The notes under the pieces are model-generated. The model saw only the letters and a program-made list of their open reading frames with translations, did not search any database and had not been told where the DNA came from. The position numbers were made by a program, and so were the translations under genes. From IMG/VR virus record IMGVR_UViG_2698536508_000009: a stretch of 4,312 nucleotides of DNA; one strand, 5' to 3'. Position 1 is the stretch's first letter, and each line of letters starts with the position of its first letter. Shown here piece after piece: positions 1 to 4,312 of the stretch. Source of the stretch: a virus. Its lineage: Duplodnaviria > Heunggongvirae > Uroviricota > Caudoviricetes.

Positions 1-30
1 TCTGCGGGAAAGTCTTCGACGGCGAGCTGA
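1..30 (+). CDS. G: Tail assembly chaperone G, extreme C-terminal end (5' truncated by window start); zero frame ends at TGA 28-30
   Basis: Frame 1 reads SAGKSSTAS* and contains the GGGAAAG slippery heptamer as codons GGA AAG (7-12). Its position immediately upstream of the T frame and H matches lambda G/T organisation. Only 9 codons are visible, so the call rests on context. Confidence 0.6.
   Translation, partial: SAGKSSTAS
6..12 (+). promoter_or_regulatory. Programmed -1 ribosomal frameshift slippery heptamer G_GGA_AAG (G to G-T fusion)
   Basis: GGGAAAG is seen directly at 6-12. The zero frame stops 5 codons later (TGA 28-30), while the -1 frame stays open to 470 and encodes a T-like sequence. 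This matches the known lambda G/GT frameshift site, which uses the same heptamer. Confidence 0.8.
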
Positions 31-470
31 ATTTTGCCCTCAGACTGGCGCGAGAGATGGGGAGGCCTGACTGGCGCGCCATGCTTGCCGGGATGACATC
101 CACCGAATATGCCGACTGGCGACATTTTTACCGCACGCATTATTTTCAGGATACCCAACTGGATATGCATTTTTCCGGGCTGATGTACGCTGTACTCAGC
201 CTGTTTTTTTGCGATCCGGATATGCATCCCTCTGATTTCAGTCTGCTTGTCCCCCGGCATGAGGAAGAGCAGGTGGAGAGGCTGGATGAGGACAAAATGC
301 TGATGCAGAAAGCGGCAGGACTTGCCGGAGGCGTCCGGTTCGGTGGGGACGGAGGGGGCGATATTTTATCGTCTGCGGATGTGGCGGATGTCATGGTGGA
401 TGATGCCGCATTAATGATGGCTTCAGCGGGGATTCCGGGAGGTGTGAGATATGTCCCAGCCGGTTGGTGA
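6..470 (+). CDS. T: Tail assembly protein T frame, expressed as the C-terminal part of the G-T fusion by -1 frameshifting (no independent start required); stop TGA 468-470
   Basis: The -1 frame is open from the window start through 470 and reads CGKVFDGELNFALRLAREMGRPDWRAMLAGMTSTEYADWRHFYRTHYF...GGVRYVPAGW, which closely resembles lambda gpT as I recall it. The track ORF 57..470 is the same frame counted from its first ATG. Confidence 0.88.
   Translation, partial: GKVFDGELNFALRLAREMGRPDWRAMLAGMTSTEYADWRHFYRTHYFQDTQLDMHFSGLMYAVLSLFFCDPDMHPSDFSLLVPRHEEEQVERLDEDKMLMQKAAGLAGGVRFGGDGGGDILSSADVADVMVDDAALMMASAGIPGGVRYVPAGW
438..442 (+). promoter_or_regulatory. Shine-Dalgarno (GGAGG) for H
   Basis: GGGAGGTG lies at 437-444, 6-8 nt upstream of the ATG at 451. 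Confidence 0.6.
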
Positions 471-3030
471 TCTTATTATTGACCTGAGTCTGGATGCGGT
501 CCGTTTCGATGAGCAGATGAGCCGGGTAAGGCGTCATTTTTCAGGACTGGATACTGACGCCAGAAAAACCGCCACTGCTGTTGAACAGGGCCTGAGCCGT
601 CAGGCGCTGGCTGCGCAAAAAGCCGGGATTTCCGTCGGACAGTATAAAGCGGCCATGCGCACCCTGCCCGCACAGTTTACGGATATCGCCACGCAGCTTG
701 CCGGTGGTCAGAATCCCTGGCTGATCCTGCTGCAACAGGGCGGTCAGGTGAAGGACTCCTTCGGCGGGATGATCCCCATGCTCAGGGGGCTTGCCGGTGC
801 GATCACCCTGCCGATGGTCGGGGTCACCTCGCTGGCGGTGGCGACAGGTGCGCTGGCGTACGCCTGGTACCAGGGGGATTCCACGCTTTCAGCGTTTAAT
901 AAAACCCTGGTTCTTTCCGGTAATCAGTCCGGACTGACTGCCGATCGTATGCTGACTCTCTCAAGAGCCGGGCAGGCAGCAGGGCTGACGTTTAACCAGG
1001 CGAGAGAGTCACTGGCAGCCCTGGTGAATGCCGGTGTGCGTGGTGGTGAACAGTTTGATGCCATCAACCAGAGTGTCGCGCGTTTTGCGTCTGCATCCGG
1101 TGTGGAGGTGGATAAAGTCGCTGAAGCCTTCGGGAAGCTGACCACTGACCCGACGTCGGGACTGATGGCGATGGCGCGCCAGTTCCGTAACGTGACGGCA
1201 GAGCAGATTGCGTATGTTGCACAGCTGCAGCGTTCCGGAGACGAGGCCGGGGCATTGCAGGCGGCGAACGATATCGCCACGAAAGGCTTTGATGAGCAGA
1301 CCCGTCGCCTGAAAGAAAACATGGGAACACTGGAGACCTGGGCGGATAAAACAGGGAAGGCATTCAAATCGATGTGGGATGCCATTCTGGATATCGGTCG
1401 TCCGGAATCCTCAGCGGATATGCTCGCCAGTGCGCAGAAGGCATTTGATGAGGCGGATAAAAAATGGCAGTGGTACCAGAGTCGGAGCCAGCGCCGCGGT
1501 AAAACCTCCTCTTTCCGGGCCAACCTTCAGGGCGCATGGAATGACCGGGAAAATGCCCGTCTGGGGCTGGCAGCGGCCACGCTGCAGTCGGATATGGAAA
1601 AAGCCGGTGAACTGGCCGCCAGGGACCGGGCCGAACGGGACGCATCACAGCTGAAGTATACCGGAGAGGCGCAGAAGGCGTATGAGCGTCTGCTGACGCC
1701 GCTGGAGAAATATACCGCCCGTCAGGAAGAACTGAATAAGGCCCTGAAAGACGGGAAAATCCTGCAGGCGGATTACAACACGCTGATGGCGGCGGCGAAA
1801 AAGGATTATGAATCGACGCTGAAAAAGCCGAAGTCGTCAGGAGTCAAAGTGTCAGCCGGTGAGCGTCAGGAAGACCAGGCGCATGCTGCCCTGCTGGCGC
1901 TTGAAACCGAGCTCCGGACGCTGGAAAAACACAGCGGTGCGAATGGGAAAATCAGCCAGCAGCGTCGCGATTTATGGAAAGCGGAAAATCAGTATGCGGT
2001 CCTGAAAGAGGCAGCCACGAAACGGCAGTTATCTGAGCAGGAAAAATCCCTGCTGACCCATGAGAAAGAGACGCTGGAGTACAAACGCCAGCTGGCTGAG
2101 CTGGGAGACAAAGTTGAACACCAGAAACGGCTGAATGAGCTGGCACAGCAGGCTGCGCGGTTTGAGCAGCAGCAGGGCGCGAAGCAGGCGGCAATCAGTG
2201 CCCAGGCGCGGGGCCTCACCGACCGTCAGGTGCAGCGGGAGTCGGAAGAGCAGCGCCTTCGTGACGTGTACGGTGATAATCCGGATGCGCTGGCGAAGGC
2301 CACATCTGCACTGAAGAACACCTGGTCTGCGGAGGAGCAGCTTCGTGGAAGCTGGATGGCCGGTCTGAAGTCCGGCTGGGGCGAGTGGGCAGAAAGTGCG
2401 ACGGACAGTTTTTCGCAGGTTAAAAGCGTGGCCACGCAGACCTTTGACGGTATTGCACAGAATATGGCAGCGATGCTGACCGGCAGCGAACAGAGCTGGC
2501 GTGGTTTCACCCGTTCTGTGCTCTCCATGCTGACAGAGATTTTTCTGAAGCAGGCCATGGTGGGGATTGTCGGGAGTATTGGCAGCGCCATGGGTGGTGC
2601 TTTCGGTGGTGGGGCGTCTGCCTCCACGGGGACGGCCATTCAGGCTGCGGCGGCGAACTTCCATTTCGCGACCGGAGGATTTACGGGAACCGGTGGCAAA
2701 TACGAACCTGCCGGTATTGTCCACCGCGGGGAGTTTGTCTTCACGAAGGAGGCAACCAGCCGGATTGGCGTCGGCAACCTGTATCGTCTGATGCGCGGGT
2801 ATGCGGAAGGTGGTTATGTGGGCGGTGCCGGAAGTCCGGCGCAGATGCGGCGGGCGGAAGGCATTAGTTTTAATCAGAACAATCACGTGGTGATTCAGAA
2901 CGACGGCACCAACGGACAGGCGGGGCCGCAGCTGATGAAGGCGGTGTATGACATGGCCCGCAAGGGGGCGCAGGATGAGATTCAGGCGCAGATGCGTGAT
3001 GGCGGCGTCTTTTCCGGAGGCAGGCGATGA
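451..3030 (+). CDS. H: Tail tape measure protein (lambda gpH family), 859 aa
   Basis: A long 859-aa ORF starting MSQPVGDLIIDLSLDAVRFDEQM, which closely matches the lambda gpH N-terminus (MAEPVGDLVVDLSLD...) from memory. It has an Ala/Gln/Lys/Glu/Arg-rich central region and a Gly-rich hydrophobic C-terminal segment (MVGIVGSIGSAMGGAFGGGASASTGTAIQAAAANFHFATGGFTGTGG). It sits between T and M as in lambda. Confidence 0.97.
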   Translation: MSQPVGDLIIDLSLDAVRFDEQMSRVRRHFSGLDTDARKTATAVEQGLSRQALAAQKAGISVGQYKAAMRTLPAQFTDIATQLAGGQNPWLILLQQGGQVKDSFGGMIPMLRGLAGAITLPMVGVTSLAVATGALAYAWYQGDSTLSAFNKTLVLSGNQSGLTADRMLTLSRAGQAAGLTFNQARESLAALVNAGVRGGEQFDAINQSVARFASASGVEVDKVAEAFGKLTTDPTSGLMAMARQFRNVTAEQIAYVAQLQRSGDEAGALQAANDIATKGFDEQTRRLKENMGTLETWADKTGKAFKSMWDAILDIGRPESSADMLASAQKAFDEADKKWQWYQSRSQRRGKTSSFRANLQGAWNDRENARLGLAAATLQSDMEKAGELAARDRAERDASQLKYTGEAQKAYERLLTPLEKYTARQEELNKALKDGKILQADYNTLMAAAKKDYESTLKKPKSSGVKVSAGERQEDQAHAALLALETELRTLEKHSGANGKISQQRRDLWKAENQYAVLKEAATKRQLSEQEKSLLTHEKETLEYKRQLAELGDKVEHQKRLNELAQQAARFEQQQGAKQAAISAQARGLTDRQVQRESEEQRLRDVYGDNPDALAKATSALKNTWSAEEQLRGSWMAGLKSGWGEWAESATDSFSQVKSVATQTFDGIAQNMAAMLTGSEQSWRGFTRSVLSMLTEIFLKQAMVGIVGSIGSAMGGAFGGGASASTGTAIQAAAANFHFATGGFTGTGGKYEPAGIVHRGEFVFTKEATSRIGVGNLYRLMRGYAEGGYVGGAGSPAQMRRAEGISFNQNNHVVIQNDGTNGQAGPQLMKAVYDMARKGAQDEIQAQMRDGGVFSGGRR
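3016..3020 (+). promoter_or_regulatory. Shine-Dalgarno (GGAGG) for M, embedded in the 3' end of H
   Basis: GGAGG at 3016-3020 is 6 nt upstream of the ATG at 3027. Confidence 0.6.
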
Positions 3031-3356
3031 AAACATTTCGCTGGAAAGTGAAGCCGGATATGGAGGTGAACTCGCAGCCATCGGTGCGTGAAGTGCGTTT
3101 TGGTGACGGGTATTCGCAGCGTATGGCGGCGGGGCTGAATGCTGACCTGAAAACATACCGTGTGACGCTTTCCGTGACCCGGGAGGAGGCCCGACATCTG
3201 GAGGCATTCCTGGCAGAGCACGGTGGCTGGAAGGCGTTTCTGTGGACACCGCCTTATGCCTGGCGGCAGATAAAGGTGACCTGTGCCGCCTGGTCATCAC
3301 GGGTTCGCATGCTGCGGGTTGAATTCAGCGCGGAGTTTAAGCAGGTGGTGAACTGA
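3027..3356 (+). CDS. M: Minor tail protein M (lambda gpM family), 109 aa
   Basis: The 109-aa ORF MKTFRWKVKPDMEVNSQPSVREVRFGDGYSQRMAAGLNADLKTY... has the same length as lambda gpM and a closely similar sequence as recalled. Its start overlaps the H stop (ATGA at 3027-3030) and its stop overlaps the L start (ATGA at 3354-3358 region). Confidence 0.95.
   Translation: MKTFRWKVKPDMEVNSQPSVREVRFGDGYSQRMAAGLNADLKTYRVTLSVTREEARHLEAFLAEHGGWKAFLWTPPYAWRQIKVTCAAWSSRVRMLRVEFSAEFKQVVN
3343..3348 (+). promoter_or_regulatory. Shine-Dalgarno-like AGGTGG for L
   Basis: AGGTGG at 3343-3348 is 7 nt upstream of the ATG at 3356. Confidence 0.5.
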
Positions 3357-4001
3357 TGCAGGATATTCACGAAGAAAGTCTGAACGAGTCGGTTAAATCA
3401 GAGCAGTCACCGCGGGTGGTACTCTGGGAAATCGACCTGACGGTACAGGGTGGTGAGCGGTATTTTTTCTGCAATGAGCTGAATGAAAAAGGGGAGGCGG
3501 TTACCTGGCAGGGGCGGCAATATCAGGCATACCNNNNNNNNNNNNNNNNNNNNNNNNNNNNNNNNNNNNNNNNNNNNNNNNNNNNNNNNNNNNNNNNNNN
3601 NNNNNNNNNNNNNNNNNNNNNGGGTGTATGCGCGTTTTCTGGATGCGGTGAATTTCGTTGCGGGCAATCCGGAGGCGGACCCGGAGCAGGAGCTGAGTGA
3701 CCGCTGGGTGGTGGAGCAGATGTCGCAGCTGACAGCCATGACGGCCTCGTTTGTGCTGGCTACACCGACCGAGACGGATGGGGCGCTGTTTCCCGGTCGC
3801 ATCATGCTGGCGAACACCTGTATGTGGGATTACCGGGGAGATGAATGCGGGTATAACGGTCCTGCGGTGGCGGATGAGTTCGATAAACCCACCACCGATA
3901 TCCGTAAGGACAGATGCAGCAAGTGCATGCGCGGGTGTGAGATGCGCGGCATGGTGGCTAATTTTGGCGGTTTCCTTTCCATTAACAAACTTTCGCAGTA
4001 A
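3356..4001 (+). CDS. L: Tail tip protein L (lambda gpL family), interrupted by an assembly gap; visible length is 646 nt, so the true gene is probably longer
   Basis: The N-terminal part MQDIHEESLNESVKSEQSPRVVLWEIDLTVQGGERYFFCNELNEKGEAVTWQGRQYQAY (3356-3532) and the C-terminal part VYARFLDAVNFVAGNPEADPEQ...CSKCMRGCEMRGMVANFGGFLSINKLSQ* (3624-4001) both match lambda gpL as recalled. The two parts are in different frames only because the N run (88 nt) is not a multiple of 3. Stop is TAA 3999-4001. Confidence 0.93.
3534..3621. other. Assembly or scaffold gap (run of 88 N) inside gene L
   Basis: Unbroken run of n characters seen directly in the sequence. Confidence 0.99.
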
Positions 4002-4006
4002 ATCCA

Positions 4007-4312
4007 ATGACACAGACAGAATCAGCGATTCTGGCGCATGCCCGGCGGTGTGTGCCTGCGGAGTCGTGCGGCTTCGTGGTGAGAACGCCGGAGGGGGAGC
4101 GGTATATCCCTTGTGTGAATATCTCTGCAGAGCCGGAGGCGTATTTTCGTATTGCACCGGAAGACTGGCTGCGGGCAGAGATGCCGGGGGAGATTGTGGC
4201 ACTGGTCCACAGTCATCCCGGTGGGCTGCCCTGGCTGAGCGAGGCTGACCGGCTGCTGCAGGTAAACAGTGCACTGTCCTGGTGGCTGGTCTGCCGGGGG
4301 GAAATTCATACA
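4007..4312 (+). CDS. K: Tail protein K (lambda gpK family), N-terminal 102 codons; 3' truncated by window end
   Basis: From the ATG at 4007 the ORF reads MTQTESAILAHARRCVPAESCGFVVRTPEGERYIPCVNISAEPEAYFRIAPEDWLRAEMPGEIVALVHSHPGGLPWLSEADRLLQVNSALSWWLVCRGEIHT, closely matching the lambda gpK N-terminus as recalled. It contains an H-S-H-x7-S-x2-D motif and runs open to the window edge. Confidence 0.93.
   Translation, partial: MTQTESAILAHARRCVPAESCGFVVRTPEGERYIPCVNISAEPEAYFRIAPEDWLRAEMPGEIVALVHSHPGGLPWLSEADRLLQVNSALSWWLVCRGEIHT

Noticed and set aside
146-394. 82-aa ORF on the minus strand, with small minus-strand ORFs at 476-673 and 541-735
   Set aside because: They are antisense to the T frame and the H 5' end, with Ser/Pro-rich low-complexity translations, and are most likely spurious.
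57-470. T-frame ORF treated as an independent gene starting at the ATG at 57
   Set aside because: The same frame is open upstream to the window start and is entered from G through the GGGAAAG frameshift site at 6-12. The ATG at 57 is an internal Met (..LAREMGRPDW..) and not the biological start.
924-1523. 199-aa ORF on the minus strand, with further minus-strand ORFs at 1064-1363, 1364-1648, 1952-2194, 1989-2219 and 2226-2639
   Set aside because: All are embedded antisense within the tape measure gene and are shadow ORFs of a GC-rich coding strand with no independent support.
2029-3300. 423-aa ORF on the minus strand
   Set aside because: It lies entirely antisense to H and M, which have strong homology-based support. 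The translation is Arg/Pro/Ser/His-rich low-complexity sequence typical of antisense reading of GC-rich coding DNA, and it has no recognisable family resemblance or plausible RBS context.
3483-3623. Apparent start MKKGRRLPGRGGNIRHT of the track ORF 3483..4001
   Set aside because: This N-terminal extension is an out-of-frame read of the upstream L segment that connects through the N gap. The genuine L sequence in this frame begins after the gap at about 3624 (VYARFLDAVNF...).
3997-4010. Possible regulatory element in the short L-K spacer
   Set aside because: The spacer is only 5 nt (4002-4006) with no clear Shine-Dalgarno, promoter or hairpin. K is most simply translated by coupling or re-initiation after L, so nothing can be called here.
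3751-4248. 165-aa plus-strand ORF in an alternate frame overlapping L and K, with similar alternate-frame ORFs at 1379-1654 and 2567-2791
   Set aside because: These are out of frame relative to well-supported genes, give Arg/Cys/Trp-rich low-complexity translations and have no RBS. They are not credible overlapping genes without experimental evidence.
3501-4274. 257-aa ORF on the minus strand spanning the N gap
   Set aside because: It is antisense to L and K, its reading frame runs through 88 undetermined bases, and its composition is the low-complexity Pro/Arg/Ala-rich type of a shadow ORF.
1-4312. Hidden defense or accessory system, CRISPR array, tRNA or mobile element within the window
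   Set aside because: There are no direct-repeat arrays, no inverted-repeat termini, no tRNA-like structures that I could recognise and no non-coding stretch longer than a few nucleotides. Conserved tail genes fill the whole window.

Overview
This window is a contiguous piece of a lambda-like (lambdoid) siphovirus tail-assembly module on the + strand, in the canonical order G/T - H - M - L - K, most likely from an enterobacterial phage or prophage. It holds the last codons of tail assembly chaperone G with its GGGAAAG -1 frameshift site, the T frame, the complete tail tape measure protein H (859 aa), minor tail protein M (109 aa), tail tip protein L (split by an 88-nt run of N) and the N-terminal 102 codons of tail protein K. 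Genes are tightly packed with overlapping stop/start codons and no intergenic space large enough for an inserted cargo gene. All minus-strand ORFs and alternate-frame ORFs look like shadows of the GC-rich coding strand. I found no evidence for a novel or undescribed system here; the points worth a second look are the frameshift site, the assembly gap inside L, and conserved motifs in H, L and K. Protein identifications rest on my recollection of the lambda proteins, not on a database search.
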